A stretch of DNA of 64,000 bases from the human T2T-CHM13v2.0 reference genome, Homo sapiens: NCBI RefSeq assembly GCF_009914755.1, contig NC_060940.1, one strand, 5' to 3'. Shown in pieces: positions 1 through 15,324 of this stretch (within the stretch, counting starts at the first letter, position 1; every line of letters begins with the position of its first letter). The position numbers were made by a program, and so were the translations under genes. The notes below the pieces were generated by a model. That model saw nothing but the letters and a program-made list of their open reading frames with translations, was not told the origin of the DNA and searched no databases.

Positions 1-379
1 GCTTATGGATATCTAGTTTTCCCAGTACCTTTTATTGAAGAGACTGTCCTTTCCACAGTGAGCGTTCTTGGTACTTTTATCAAAAATCAGTTAGCTGTAG
101 ATATGTAAATTAACATCTGGGTTCTCTACTCTGTTCCATTGGTCTGTGTGTTTGTTTTTATGCCAGTATAATACTCTATTGGCTATATAGCTTTATAGTA
201 TATTTTGAAGTCAGGTAATGTGATGCCTCCAAGTTTACTCATTTTGCTCAGGATTACTTTGGCTATTTTGGGTCTCTGTGGATTCATATAAATTTTAGAA
301 TTTTTTTGTCTATTTCTGTGAAGAACGCCATTGGTATTTTGATAGGGATGTCACTGAATCTGTAGATTTCTTTGGATAG

Positions 380-748
380 TGTATTAGTCCGTTTCCACAC
401 TGCTATATAGAAATACCTGAGACTGGCTGACTTATAAACAAAAGAGGTTTAATTGATTCACAGTTCCTCACAGCTGGGGAGGCCTCAGGAAACTTATAAT
501 CATAGTGGAAGGGGAAGCAGACACCTTCTTACATGGCAGCAGGAGAGAGAAAGAGTGAAGGAGGAACTGTCAAACACTTATACAATCATGAGATCTTGTG
601 AGAACTCACTCACTATCACAAGAACAGCATGAGGGAAACTGCCTCCATGATCACATCATCTCCGCTGGGTCCCTCCCTTGACATGTGGGGACTATGGGGA
701 TTACAACTCAAGGTGAGATTTGGGTGGGGTCACAACAAAATCATGTCA
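380..748 (-). mobile_element. MaLR solo LTR (THE1D/MSTA-like) inserted in L1 ORF2
   Basis: Runs tgtattagtccgtttccacactgct...aaaatcatgtca (reverse complement of the THE1/MST LTR); 5-bp TSD gatag/gatat; L1 is continuous across it. Confidence 0.92.
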
Positions 749-2047
749 GATATTATGGTCATTCTAACAGTATTAATTGTTTTAATTAAATTAAAATTCA
801 TTTAATTTAATTGTTTTAATTTAATTAATTGTTTTAATGAGTATGGGATGTCTTTCTATTTTAAGGGGTTCTCTTCAATTTCTTTCATCAGTACCTTTGA
901 GATTTTCTTCTAGAGGTCTTTCACCTGCTTGGTTAAGTATATTCCTATATATGTTATTATTATTATTTTGGAGCTATTGTAAATAGGATTGCCTCCTTGA
1001 TTCCTTTTTCAGTTAGATTGTCATTGGTGTCTAGAAACACTACTGATTTTTGCATGTTGATTTTGTATCTGCAACTTTACTGAATTTGTTTTAGTTGTTA
1101 AGAGGTTTTTGATGGAGTCTTTAAGTTTTTTGACATATAAGATCACTTTGTCTGCAAAGAGGGATAATTTTGCTTCCTCTTTTCCAATTTGAATGGCTTT
1201 TATTTCTTTCTTTTGCTTGGTTGCTCTAGCTGGTACTTCAGTACTGTTGAATAACATGGGGAAATTGGGCACATTTGTCTTGTTCCAGTTTTTCAAGGAA
1301 AGGCTTTCAGATTTTCCTTATTCAGTATCAGGTTAGCTGTGATTTTGTCATATATGGCCTTTGTTATGTTAGGGTATGTTCCTTTCATGCCTAGTTTTTT
1401 GAGAGTTTTTGTTATAAAGAGATGTTGAATTTTACCCAGTGCTTTTTCTGTGTCCATTGAGATGGTCATATCGTTTTTGTCCTTCATTCTCTTGACGTGA
1501 TGTATTACATTATCGACTTGCTTATGCTGAGCTATTCTTGCACCCCTGAGATAAATCCCACATGATCTGTGTATTATCTTTTCATTGCATTGTTTGATTC
1601 AGTTTGTTAGTATTTTGTTGGGGATTTCTGCATCTATGTTAACCAGGAATATTGGCCTGTAGTTTTCTTCTTGTTTTTATCTGGTTTTGTTATCAAGGTA
1701 AACCTGGTTTTGTTACTAAGGTAATGCTGACCTCATAGAAAGAGTTAAGAAGGACTCTCTCTTCTTCAATTTTTTGAAATAGTTTGGGAAATGGTATTAT
1801 TTCTTCTTTATCATTTTGGTAGAATTCAGTCATAAACTCATCTGGTTCTGGGCTTTTATTTGTTAGGAGACATTTTATTTGTAAGTCAATCTTCTTATTA
1901 TTGATCTGATCACAGTCTCTCTTTTCCTGGATCAGTTTTGATAGGTTATATGTCCAGGAATTTACCCAGTTCCTCTAGGTTTTACAATGTGTTACCATGT
2001 GGTTTTCATTATAGTCTCTGATGATCTTTTATATTTCTGTAGTATAA

Positions 2048-2401
<354 letters not shown>

Positions 2402-4778
2402 TAGCTTTATTTATTTGGGTCGTCTCTCTTCTGTTCATAGTTAGTCTAGCTATAAGCTTATTGATTTTATTTATCTTATTATTTATCTTATTCATTTTAT
2501 TTATCTTCAAATTTCATTTGTTGATTTTGTATATTATATAATGTTCATCTCTTTCATTTTTTATATTTAGTCACTATTTTATTCTGTATTATTTTAGTCT
2601 CTATTTAATCTAGTTCTATTCTGATCTTTATTTCTTTCATTCTACTAATTTTAAGGTATTTTGTCATCGTTGTTGCTTTTCTACCTCCTCAAAGTGCATG
2701 ATTAGGCTCTTTCCTTGAAATATTTCTACTTTTCTGATGTAAGTGTTTATTACTATAAACTTCCCTCTTAGCACTATTTTTGCTGCATCCCATAGGTTTT
2801 GGTGTTGTGTTAATATTTTCATTTGTTTCAAGATTCTTTTTATTTTCTTCCTAATTTTTCATTGACTCAGTGGTCATTCTGAAGCATGTTGTTTAATTTC
2901 CATATATTGTACAGTTTTGAAAATTCCTCTTGTTATTGATTTCTACTTTTATTCCATATGGTGTGAGAAGATACTCGATATACTTCTGATTTTTAAAAAA
3001 TTGTTGAGATTTGTTTTGTGGCCTAATATATGGTGTATCCTGCAGAATGTTTCATGTACTGATGAGAGGAATGTGTATTCCAAAGCTGTTGAATAAAATG
3101 TTCTGTAAATGTCTGTGGTGTTCGATTGGTCTAAAGTGCACTTTAAATCCAATATTTATTTGTTGACTTTCTGTTTTGATAATCTGTTCAATGCTGAGAG
3201 TGAGGTGTTGAAACTATTATTATATTGGAGTCTATCTCTCTTTTTACATCTGATAATATTTGTTTTGTTTATTTGGGTGCTTTGGTGTTGAGTCCATATA
3301 TATGTTTAAAATTGTTATATCCTCTTGCTGCTTTGATTTATTTATCATTATAGATATCTTTATATATCATTATAAAGAGACATTTGATTCATTTTACAGT
3401 TTTTGACTTAAAATCTGTTTTATCTTATATAAATATAGCTACTCCTGCTTGCTTTTGGTGTCTGTTTACATGGAATATCTTTTCCATCCTTCACTTCCTG
3501 TCTTTGTGTCATTATAGGTGAGGTAAGCTTCCTACAGGCAGCATATAGTGGGGTATTATTTTTTAATTCATGCATCCCGTGTATATCTTTTAAATGAGAA
3601 ATTTAATCTGTTTACATTTAAGATTATGATTAATAGGTGAGGACTCTTGTCATTTTGTCAATTGTTTTCTGGTTGTTTTGTACATGCTTTGTTCCTGTCT
3701 TCATCTCTCATTGTTCACCATTGCAATTTGGTGACTTTTTTAAGTCGTAACTTTTGAATCCTTTCTCTTTCTCATTTCTGTGTCTGCTCTACCAGTGAGT
3801 TTTATACCTTCATGTGTTTTCATGATGATAGACATTGTTCTTTTGCTTCCAAATGTAGGAAATTTTTAAGCATTTCTTTTAGGGTCAGTCTAGTAGCGGT
3901 GAATTCCCTCAATTTTTGCTTGTATGGAATAAGCAGACTATATTTTTCCTTCATTTTTAAAGAACAGATATGCCAAATATAGTATTTTTGACTGGCAATT
4001 TTTTTTTTAAATTTCAGTACTTTGAAATACAATCCCCTTCTCTCTTGTTCTGTAAGGTTTCTGCTGGGAAATTGTACATTATTCTAATTAGGTTTTCCTA
4101 ATATATGACTTGGTGCTTTTCTCTTGCTGTTTTTTAGAATTTTTCCTTTGATTTTGATAGTTTGAGTATAGTACCTTGGAAAAGTCCATTTTGGGTTAAA
4201 TTTATTTAAGGACCTTTGAGTGTCTCATACCTGGATGTCTATATATCTTCCTTGATTTGGTAAGTTTTTAGCTATTATTTTGTTCAATAGATTTTCTAGG
4301 CCTTTGCCCATCCCTTTTTCTGGAACATCCAAAATATGAATATTTGATTACTTTATGGTGTCAAATATGTTACGCAAGTTTTCTGTTTTCTTTTTTCTCG
4401 TTATTTTTGTCTGACTGAGGTTATTTTAAAAGACTTGTCTTCAAGTTCAGAAATTCTGTCTTTTGCTTCATTCATCTAGTCTATTGTTGAAGTTGTTGAC
4501 TGTGTTTTTCTTTCATTAAATTCTTCAGTTCCAGGGTTTGTGGTTTGCTCTTTTTCATGATCTAACTCTTTGGTGGATTTTTCACTAAGTTCATAAATTA
4601 TTTTTCTAATTTCTTTGTATTATTTATCTGTGTTCTCTTGTGTCTCACTGAGCTCATTTTATACTACGATTTTGAATTATTTTTCAGGAATTTTATATAT
4701 TTTATTTTCACTGAATCTGTTGCTAGAGAAATATTACATTCCTTTGGAGGTGTCACGTTTCCTTGCTTTTTAATTTTG

Positions 4779-4806
4779 TTGTGTGTGTGTGTGTGTGTGT
4801 GTGTGT
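4779..4806. repeat. (TG)n microsatellite
   Basis: About 14 TG units. Confidence 0.95.
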
Positions 4807-5099
4807 ATCATTATGTTCATATCTGGACATATAGTATAATAGTCCTTTCTTCCAATTTTATAACTTGGGTTTTGTAGGAAAATACATTTTTTTTATGTAT
4901 GTGTCTCTAGTATTGGTTGGGCAGTGTGCTTTAGCTCTGATTCTAGGTGCAGAGCCTTGTAGTCTTGTAGTCTCTATGTTATTTATACAGCTGTAACTAG
5001 CTTTAATCATATTTGTGATTTCCTCAGTGGGTTAGCTGTGCTTATTAGTGGAGGCTATGCTGAGACTTTGCTGGGGTCAGGGACACAGGCAGGCTGGTC

Positions 5100-5885
5100 C
5101 TTAGTGGTGATGGTAGGGGGTTAAGTATGCTAATCCTTGGGTCCCCAGGTGGTATACATGGGCACCAGAGGTAGCAGGTCCAGGGAGGCCAATACTTGGG
5201 CCTCCAGGGGCTTTCCCAGGAGAGGACAGTGGGAGCAGTTAGCTGGGAAGTAGGCAGGCCATCAGGCCCCTGAAAAAGCATTCATAGTGTCAGTACTGGC
5301 TATAGTGGCAGCAGACAAACCCTTGGATCCCCAGGCAGCATGAGTGGAAAGCAGTGGTGGTGGCAACATGGTAGGACAAACAGTCCCCAGATCCCCACAT
5401 GGTATGTATGAGTGAATGCCAGTGGCAGTGGTTGTAAAAGGTGGGTGGTCCCTTTCTTAGGCCTCCAGGAGAAATGTGTGCAGATGCTAGCAGTGGTGGA
5501 TAGGGTGGGTCAGTCCTCAGGTCCCTGGAAAATGTGTGTGGGCACTGGCATGCTGGGTGGCCCCATACTTAGGCCCCTGGAAGGCAGTGGTGGCAGGCAG
5601 GGTGGGTCCATCCCCAGGACCCTAGAACACATGCATGGGTACTGGCAGGTAGCAGCAATAGGTGGAGTAGACCAGTCCTCAGGCCCCCATTGTATCCACA
5701 GGTGCAGGCAGTGGCTGGTGGAGCTGATCAATGCCTAGGCCCCCAGAAGATGAGTGCAGGTGTGAATGGCAGTAGGCAGGGCAGAGCAGTCCTCAAGCCC
5801 TTTTATGACACACTCTGGCACTGGCAGGAAAAGTGTTGCAGGTGGTGGGCCTGTCCTCAGGCCCTCCAGTGGTATGCATGGGAGC
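5100..5885. repeat. Degenerate ~60-bp GC-rich tandem array in the L1 5' region
   Basis: Core cctcaggcccc-like motif at 5135, 5194, 5260, 5321, 5385, 5455, 5515, 5567, 5612, 5677, 5733, 5791, 5855. Confidence 0.8.
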
Positions 5886-5890
5886 AATGA

Positions 5891-6030
5891 TCCTTAGATT
5901 TCTATCTGTAAGGTAGAGATAATAATACTATTTGACTCCTTAGGTTACAGTAATTATCTGGTAGTATAACATATGGAGAGTTTCTAGCATAAAGCCTAGA
6001 ATATAGAAGGTGTTTCATTAATAAATGCTA
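5891..6030 (+). mobile_element. MIR fragment (3' part)
   Basis: ccttagatttctatctgtaaggtagagataataatac...ataaatgcta resembles the MIR core and tail. Confidence 0.7.
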
Positions 6031-6084
6031 TTTTCCTGAAGATAATGGTTTTCTATTTGGACCATACACTGGGCTATCTATCAG

Positions 6085-6225
6085 GTGACATGAGTTATAG
6101 GCGTATATTTGCCACTAACCAGCTATGTTACCTTGGGACAAGTTACTAAATCTCTCTTGTTCCTAGTTTATAAACCCAGAAAAAGTTCTGTGTCACTTTT
6201 TCCTCCAGGGTCGCTGTGAGCACAT
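6085..6225 (+). mobile_element. MIR fragment (core)
   Basis: gccactaaccagctatgttaccttgggacaagttactaaatctctc matches the MIR core. Confidence 0.75.
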
Positions 6226-6501
6226 ACAATTCTATGAATTTTTATGACTTCATACTAGGTAAGAAGTAGCATTCATTTTACTTTTAAAGTGTCCTTTGGT
6301 CAGGTACTTCAATGGAAAGTCTTGTTTTGATTATTAAAACCTTTTCATAATTCATTGCATATTCAAAAAAAGAAACTCTTTTTATAACTCATAAAATTTG
6401 AATACCTGATTAGTGCACATTTCATATCTGTTAATTCTGCATCTGTATTTTCACAATTTAGCATATAGATACATTTGGTAGTCAATTCTGTATTTATAAA
6501 G

Positions 6502-6524
6502 ATATATATATGTATGTGTATATA

Positions 6525-6559
<35 letters not shown>

Positions 6560-6588
6560 GTATATATATATACACACACATATATATA
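6502..6588. repeat. Compound (TA)n/(TG)n/(CA)n microsatellite
   Basis: Alternating purine-pyrimidine tract of about 85 bp. Confidence 0.95.
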
Positions 6589-8746
6589 GTAGAATCAGAA
6601 AGATACCTTTACTGACATTTTGTAGCCCCAATTCTTGATGTCAAGGTCAAGAATTTAATAAAGATCACAGGCAAAATCTGAACAAAATACTAGTCCATTT
6701 GGACTGAGCTCATTCAGAGGATGGTGACCATTTCTTCTGCTGAGCTTGGTGAAGGGAGTGGAGAAAAAGAGAAGTGGAGATGACATAGTTAAGCTTTGCC
6801 ATTGATCACACCAGTCTTATTGTCAGATTCTTCTTCATTTATAGCAACAGTATTTGTGTATGCATAATTGGCACTCTGGCAACATACAGGGCCTAGCACT
6901 GCAAGTGGAAGCCAAAAAGGTGCTGTGCTGGAAACAAAATCATGAAGGGATAATAGAAGTACTGGAGAGTGGATTAAGGTCAACCTATTGATACCAATAT
7001 TGTACTTGCACTATGGTCGGATCATGGATTTGTTACCTTGTCCTCTTCTTTCCTGTGATTTTTTTTCTGCAAGATTTGCTTATATGAAGCTTTAAAAAAA
7101 TCCTAAATGTGAACATAATATACTGACTCATATCTATCCCCAAAGCCCAGCATTTAAGTTGTTGCTTTATTTCTTACATTCTGACCCTAAGAGGCTTCAT
7201 ACTAAAAGAATTTTGGACACTGAGAAAGGTGCAAAGACTTGAAAGCATCCTTTGAATAAATATCAGTAGTAGCAAGTCCACAATAGATTCACCTACTGAG
7301 ATTGCCAACACACATTCCTTAGAATCATGAAAGTCAAGTCCATGCTGGAAAGCGAAACGCTGCCAAAGACTATTCTTTAAAATGGCCAGCAATACTAATT
7401 TCAATCACTAGTGTATGTGCCACTTGTCTTCATTATTTGACTTGCTTTTTAAAAATCTATAGAATAGGCATCTATTCAATCTGCCTCAGAATATTTTGAA
7501 AGCTTATAGTAAAATAGTACAAATGAAAGTACTGGGAAAAGGTCGATATGTGGATTTGCAAAATATCTTTTAAAAAACAGCTAAAACAACTGTTATTTTT
7601 CAATTTTCCTACGTGTGTTTAGAAAAAATCATTAAGAGATGATCATTTGGGACCCTATGGTGAAATAGGTGTCTCTGGAAGCCCACTAATGTGCTATTTT
7701 GTAGCTGGAATTCCACTGTTACCCTTCCAGAAATAAATTCCTGCTGTTATCATTCTGGAGAACAAAGCCTTGGCTCTAGATTTGTGTTTTCCCTCAGATA
7801 TCGTTGTTATTTCTTGGAATCCATGAATAAACTTCTTCATCCCCTTACATTTCAATGGTTTTACTTTCTATCTCATCTTATCTCTTAGTGTTGTGTTGTT
7901 TGAGTTCAACACAGCAGCAAACCCAAGTACAGAGATGATATTCAGGGGAAGTTCATAAACAGCCAGAGATCCTTGAGGGCTCTTTGATTTCCTTGCCACT
8001 CTTTTATTTTAAAAACAAATTATTCTCCTTGGCCTTCAGATACCTATGGTGTCTCTTTTGTCAAAGTTGACCCTCTAGCCTGTCTGGCACTCCCCCTTAA
8101 GCCTTCCTTCCTGAACTCTGATCTCTGTCCTGTGGCTGAGATCTTGGTTCTTCTCCTTGGAATAATTCTCCTGCAAGCTCTAATACATTCGGCTTGTAGC
8201 ACCTAAGAGCAGATTTCTTTTTTGGTAACTGATATTCCTCCAAAGAGAGTTCACTGAAACTAAAACCCACTCCTTCGTGCCACTTCACTCTGTCACCCAC
8301 TAACTGATCACTATAATATAGTAACCTCTTGCATAAAATTGTACCTCAGTCATGCAACAATCATCACTAGCCTCAAACCTAACCATCCTTTCATACCTCA
8401 TGACCTTACTCTTGCAATTAAAAGCACATTTTTAAAGTCACCCACAATGTGTGGCATACCTGGCTTGGATTTGGGTCAATTTCAATTTTCTACCCCTTTC
8501 ATTTTGAATAAATATAAAGGGTAATGAGACTTAATTAATATGTTCAAATATATGTAAATGACAAGCATTGAGCAACTTTCATTAAGTGTTACATCATCAT
8601 CATCACCATCATTTTCTCATCCTTTCCAAACCTAGAATTTTTAGACTACTCAAATGCCATGTATCTCCAGTTTGGGACCAGGACCACAGGATTCCACTTG
8701 GCTGTGCAGTCAGAAGGGAGAGTGAGTGAGGCCTGAAGCTGTAGAG

Positions 8747-8898
8747 CAGTACTTTTCAAATAGAATCACTGGAAGGAACTTGATACTTCTCATACCTAGG
8801 ACGGGCCAACTAAATCAGGACCCTGGGGTGAAACTTTGAAACCAATATTAAAGATCCCTAGGTACTTCTACTCTGCAGCCAAGGTTGAGAATCACTGT
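8747..8898. mobile_element. MER5-like hAT-Charlie MITE
   Basis: Termini cagtacttttcaaa and ttgagaatcactg; internal gaatcact and ccctaggt...gcagccaaggttgagaa motifs. Confidence 0.7.
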
Positions 8899-9084
8899 TT
8901 TACAAACAGCCCGTGTTTCTGTTAAGTCTACTAGAAGCAATTTAAGAGCTCCTTTCTGCCCTCTGAAAGACAGTGATTTGCTTCATGGCAGCAGGTTTTC
9001 CCAGTGAAATAAACAGCAAAATCAGAGAGAGACTGGACCATCTAGGAGTGGAAAGCAGCAGGTAGAGCACCTGGGCTTGAAGAT

Positions 9085-9335
9085 TGGTTAAGACAGATTT
9101 CGTGTGCCTGAGTTTGACTCCCCACTCAGCCATTTGATAACTGTGTAGACTTCATCAAGTTATCCAGTGTCTATAAGATACAAGACCCTTTTTTGTAAAG
9201 TGAGGCTAAAAATAACAATGAGGTCACAGATGTGTAGTAAGGACTAAATGAAATACTTAACATATATCAGTTAACTTAGGTCATGTAGCATGCACTCTTT
9301 AGAGTATACAACCATTACTCTTATTATTATTATTA
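9085..9335 (+). mobile_element. MIR, highly diverged
   Basis: gcctgagtttgactccccactcagccatttgataactgtg...aggactaaatga...attattattatt. Confidence 0.7.
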
Positions 9336-11038
9336 AGGAAGTGGAGGATCAGTTTGTCACATGGTCTTCTGATAGTTCCTCTGAAGTCACATGAAAAATG
9401 AGTAAAGGTAGAAAGTAGCAACTTTTAATTCATGTTATAATGTTTTATTTGACTTTATATCACCATTTGACATAGTAGGAAAAATCTAATTGAAATCATA
9501 ACCCAGGATCAAAGGTATATGCTTTTCCAGGATATTCTCCAAGGCCCCATGCAACAATCAGATTTGCATCAAATCTTCCTATACTGGCTTTCAAATCATA
9601 TCCTCTTAGAAATGGTAGGTGTTCAAAAATATTCAGTGCATTTCAGTAGGGGTATATCTTTCATCAGATTCAATGGTCTATATGGCTGGAACCTACATGC
9701 CTGGCATTGTCCTAGTTATCCCAGACTCCAGGGACAACCATACCCATTATTCATGGGCTCAGAGATATTACATAATATAGTCAAGGTTGTACTTCTAGTC
9801 AATGTCAGCTATCACATCTTAGCCCAGGTGGGGATGACTCAAAGTTGTACTATTTCCCATGCAATGCAAAGACGGGGTCAAGAGGAAGACAACTGGGCCA
9901 TAAGAACAAAGAGGAGGACAGAAAGGAGGTAACATTCTGCTCCTGTGGCTTTATACTTTTCTTATCATTTCCCTTGTACCCAAGTGCCCTCCTGCTTCCT
10001 TTTCCAGTTATTCCTCTGGTGGTGGCAGTGCCATTCAATCTCACTGTCAGTGTCTCCCTCGCTTTTCTGTAAGAGAAAAAGATAAGCACATTTTCAAAAA
10101 GGAGCACAAAGGGAGCTTATACGTGTTAGTTGAATAATTATTAGAACTCACAGGCTCTATTAAAGATTTGGATAAGAGCCCTACACATGGGACTGGAGAT
10201 AGAAGACTGGCTTGAAACTCCGTCTCCTGCATTGCCACTGTTTGCATAACCAACAGGACACTGTGTCAGTTTTGGATGAATTAGATTTTTCACAGCGAAG
10301 GTTAAGACAAGAACAAGGGATTATGGTATATTCTAATGAAGTACTGGACCCAGTGATTCTGCGTCAGTGCAGTTGAATAATTGCCTGCTTGTGGGGGTTT
10401 AGATGATTTGCCCAATTATACATGCTTTGGAAAAAACTAGACTGTATCAGTGGTGACTGCTATACAGCAATGAGTGAGAAATCGCTCATAAAAGCTGCAC
10501 ATTTTGATAGCTTCTGGCTCTCTGAAGTTTTCTGATTTGAAGCTCTAATCACTCCTGCTTATTCTTAACCATGAGTAAATTATTTGAGAAGTGTCAGACA
10601 CATTTTACTCATCATGAAGATGTACATTTTTCTCCCAAATAAAAGGAAAATAAAACATTACTTTCAAATGGTAAAATAAAAAGCTTTAAAATAACTTGTT
10701 CTTAAAACTAGTTCTTAGCTTCATGCAAAATAGAGGAAGCTTTATAAAATAAAATAAAACAGATGTTATCAAATATTTGAATTTGCATCAGGTTACGAAT
10801 AATTGAAATTTAGACTACATCTAAATTTAGATAAATTTATGTGTATTTCATCTTCAGAAAACTCCATGTTAATGTTTTGATGCTGTCACATTAATAGAAT
10901 CGGAATCAGCCAATATCAAACATAATATAGCAGTAACTTTTCTAAAAATATGAGATTGTGTGTGTGCATGTGTGTACATATATATGGTAATGTATCATCA
11001 CTACTAAAAGTATCTCTATAGTTTATAAGAATGAATGG

Positions 11039-11395
<357 letters not shown>

Positions 11396-11540
11396 TCAGC
11401 TATTTGGGAATACTTTTTCAGTTTTGCACTACTTTTGAGGGCAGATGCTAGAATATAATGCAGAGGTTGAGGTTTGGTTTAGAGCAAATATCAGAACACA
11501 TCATCACTCTAGACTGAAATAGGTAATGACAAAACTTCTT

Positions 11541-11847
<307 letters not shown>

Positions 11848-12169
11848 GACAATAATTCTTTATACTAATAAAATGTGGTATCCTTGGTTAAAGGACTTTA
11901 AAATAGAAAAAAATAATAATAATTTTACAAATAAAATTTTATCTGATCTTGAAAACAGTTTAAAAATCAGTCTAAGCATTTCATTGTTGTTGTTGCCATT
12001 TTGCATAGCAGAAATTGTAAGTGATATTTGTCCAAGGTCAAAGTGAGTTAGAAGCACCATCTGTTATCAAACCGTCTATTCCTTGTTCTAAAGTCTTAGC
12101 ATTATGCGCTGCTATGTACCAAGTGCTCCTCAGTGCTTCAACATGTTTGTTGAAGAGAAAGTATTTGCA

Positions 12170-12290
12170 TTTTTCATTCAATTGTTCATTCAAGAAATAT
12201 TTACCACGTGACTTATCAATGCTAGTCATCACGTATACTCAGCAAAGTAGACAAAACTCCCTCCCTTTTTGGAATATACATTCTAATTTT
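12170..12290 (-). mobile_element. L2 3' end fragment
   Basis: ttcattcaattgttcattcaagaaatattta, typical of an antisense L2 tail. Confidence 0.55.
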
Positions 12291-12385
12291 AAAGACAAAA
12301 TGACATTAATGAGCTCCTCCAGTAACCTAAAGTTGTTGGATTTGTTTCCTAAAATTATTAAGTGAATTTGATCCTCACATACTAA

Positions 12386-13149
12386 TAAAACTGCCTATCC
12401 AAAAATTATAACAATGAGAAATTATGTCAGTGAAAGATAAATGATCTAATCAACTCCCATCTTGCCATTAGTATTCAAACTGCTCTTAATTATTCCTCAG
12501 CTTGGGCTGAGCTAATTTGGGGAGATATTTAGTTTACAGTTTAAATAATATCTTTTGCCAAAAATCAACCACCTTTGTAAAGCTAATGAGAGACCACCAG
12601 GCTAGGAGGATGAGAGCAGCCTGAATTCTGCTAAGCTGTAGACATAAACAATTACCCACCATTATTTCGGAGGTCACAAGATATGCAGCTTCCCCAGTTA
12701 TTCCTGCAGATAACATCACTATTGCAGAACCTAAGACTGGCCTTTTGAGATGTCTTTTCAGGGTTTTTGTTTTGTTTTGCTTGGTTTTTCCATGTCTGAT
12801 GACCAGTGGCTCCACCTGAACTTGCACACTGATGTCTCCACCTGGACCCACCAATCGCTCCTGTGCTCCCCCCTAGAAGCAACCTAGCCTGCATGAGGAC
12901 CATTTCCCACACTTCTGTGATTGTACCCCAATGAATCAGCAGCCTCTCCAGCCCTCTTCTCTTTCCTTAAACTATCCTTGAAAAACCCAGGCCTCCAAAT
13001 GTTCAGGGAGACTGATTTGAGTAATAATAAATCTCCAGTCTCCTGTTCATCCAGCTTTGCATGAATTAAGTTCTGTATTGCAATTCCCCTGTCTTTATAA
13101 ATGGGCTCTGCCAGGGCAGCAGGCAAAATAAACACATTGGGCAGTTACA
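12386..13149 (+). mobile_element. ERV1 solo LTR, LTR8 family (LTR8A/B-like)
   Basis: Starts taaaactgcc...attataacaatgagaaattatgtcagtgaaaga; ends attgggcagttaca; exact 4-bp TSD ctaa. Confidence 0.88.
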
Positions 13150-15324
13150 CTAAGTGCTTCATGAAACATCCTATGGCTATTCTTGGACTAGGATTCTGAG
13201 GTTCTGGTTTCTCAATGTTGTATTACAACTTACTATGTGGCTTGTACTCTATTACTCTTGATATGAACATCAATATCTTTAAGAATACTATACAAACAAT
13301 GCCACCTGTCAGGAGCTATATCATATTTCTGTTGAGAGGGTCTGGTGAACAGTAATTCCTTGAGGCACATTTTGATGAGTAAAGCATTACATTTATTTAC
13401 TTTGCTTCCTTCCAATTCTTCCTATATTCTTAGCCCTTTCCTCATAACAATATTTTTTGTCCCTTTCCTTTTTCTTCCCTTTTTCTCTGATTTAAACCAG
13501 TCCTAGCCAAGAACACAGAGAAAGTGCAGTAGAACTTCATCGAACCTATCTCATGTTAGATGCTTTTAATGGACATATATCAATATCTGAAGTGTTACAG
13601 AAATCATAGTGTGGGTCCCATGTCCTTCAGATCAGTAATTTTGCCATTTAAATGTGTTAATTATTTTTGCATTATGCATCAGAGCGCCAGTTCCACTTTA
13701 GTATCTGCTTTTAGGACAGAAAAAAATGAAGAAAGTAGGATAGAAAAACACATCTATATAAGAATGGTATGTTTTGTGAAACAGTTTCATTTTTGTTAAG
13801 TTTATATCACCTGGGTTACTGGATAGCACAGGTAAAAATTTTGCACCAACCAGTTTTTGTTGCTGTTGTTTTTGGTTGTTAAAGTCTGTAAATATTTCCA
13901 TGTATAGTATCTCTAAGGGTTCTGTAAATCTTAGATATTCATCTACTGTGTCTCACACTGGCAAAGCCTCATAAGTTATGGCCTTTTTACATTTCATATC
14001 TTCCCACTTTTGTATGATTATGTCACTGTTTTATTAGAGGTTTTGTAAATACCACTTATTAAAATATTATATAAGTAAAAGTCTTCAAACGTATAATCAG
14101 GGACTAATTTGATCAGGCAAAATAGACGTTTCTCCAGTGATGGAAGTGGCAGGATTTCTCACTGAATTCAATTTACTGGGTTCTGCATGTATCTCCGGTG
14201 TCTGCCAGGATTACAGGTCAGGGAAACTTATTTGATTTTGCATAACTATTCTTACCAATACTGCTACTTACTTACAGATAAACAAACATATAACTATTTG
14301 GAGCCTTGGCCTCTTTCAGAACACGTTTGAGAGAATGGCTCTATTTAATTTCCTGGGCTAGGCTACAACCAGTCAAAATGAACAGCATAATTTTAATTCA
14401 TACACACATTCTCCCCAATGGCATTGTAACTTTCAGCTCACTGTCCAAATATTCACCTCTTTTTTACAAAGTTTGCCTCCTTCATGCAGCTTCACTCATA
14501 AAAGAGATAGATACAGTCCTCTCCAAGCAGCAATTCTTCCATAGTGTGTTCCCATGCTGATAAGTCAGCGTCAAGAGTTCAGAACCCAAGGCATTCTCAG
14601 GGCTGGATCATTTAAGGCAGAACAACATATCAATTTGTAGACAAAAGCAACCCAGGAGACAAGTGCTGACCATCGGGACTGAGTATTTCTGCAGTAATAA
14701 GGCAGTTGACAAGGCTGCCTTCTCAGCAGGGAAACTGAAAAAGTGGTCACTAATTGCTCTGTTCTAGTAAGCATCCTTTCCTGCCAAAAAAAAAAAAAAA
14801 AAATGTTACATAGCTTCCTACAGATGTGCATGCCAAATCCCCTTGCCTCAAGTTTTTCTTGCTGTCTTCCAATACTTTCCCAGATAATTCAGATAATTTA
14901 CCTATTTCTAATTAGGGGAATGCTTATTTTGAACTTGTCATCACATTCTAGATGACAGTGAAGAGAGTGAAATGTTTTTCTTTCTTTTTCATTGTAGATA
15001 ATCAGAATAGTACTATACTTTAAGAGAAAGGTTTTATCAAATATGTCTGTATTGGGTGGGTACTTCTTTATTTTTTCCTACCCAAGTGTCAAATGCATGA
15101 AATTACGAGGAGCTCATCCTGAAAAATGACCAAACTCTCTGGGGGAGAAATAGAAACATTTCATTTTCCTGCACATCTGTTGAAAAAGAGACTCTTTGAG
15201 ATCAATGAAAGTTCCTTAATGATTTGTTCTCTCAAAGCTTCTTTTCCTAATCCTTCATAAAATGCTGCTAGAAAACCACTGTCTCCTTAGAGTGTCCCCA
15301 GAAGACAGTCTTTTAAAAATACAT

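Noticed and set aside
5100-5885. CRISPR-like repeat-spacer array
   Set aside because: Eukaryotic L1 context, highly degenerate repeats, spacers related to each other, and no cas genes.
9519-9932. 137-aa ORF, with a possible 84-bp exon at 9531-9614 (ttttccag...gtaggt)
   Set aside because: No recognisable domain, short polypyrimidine tract and no partner exons; compatible with chance.
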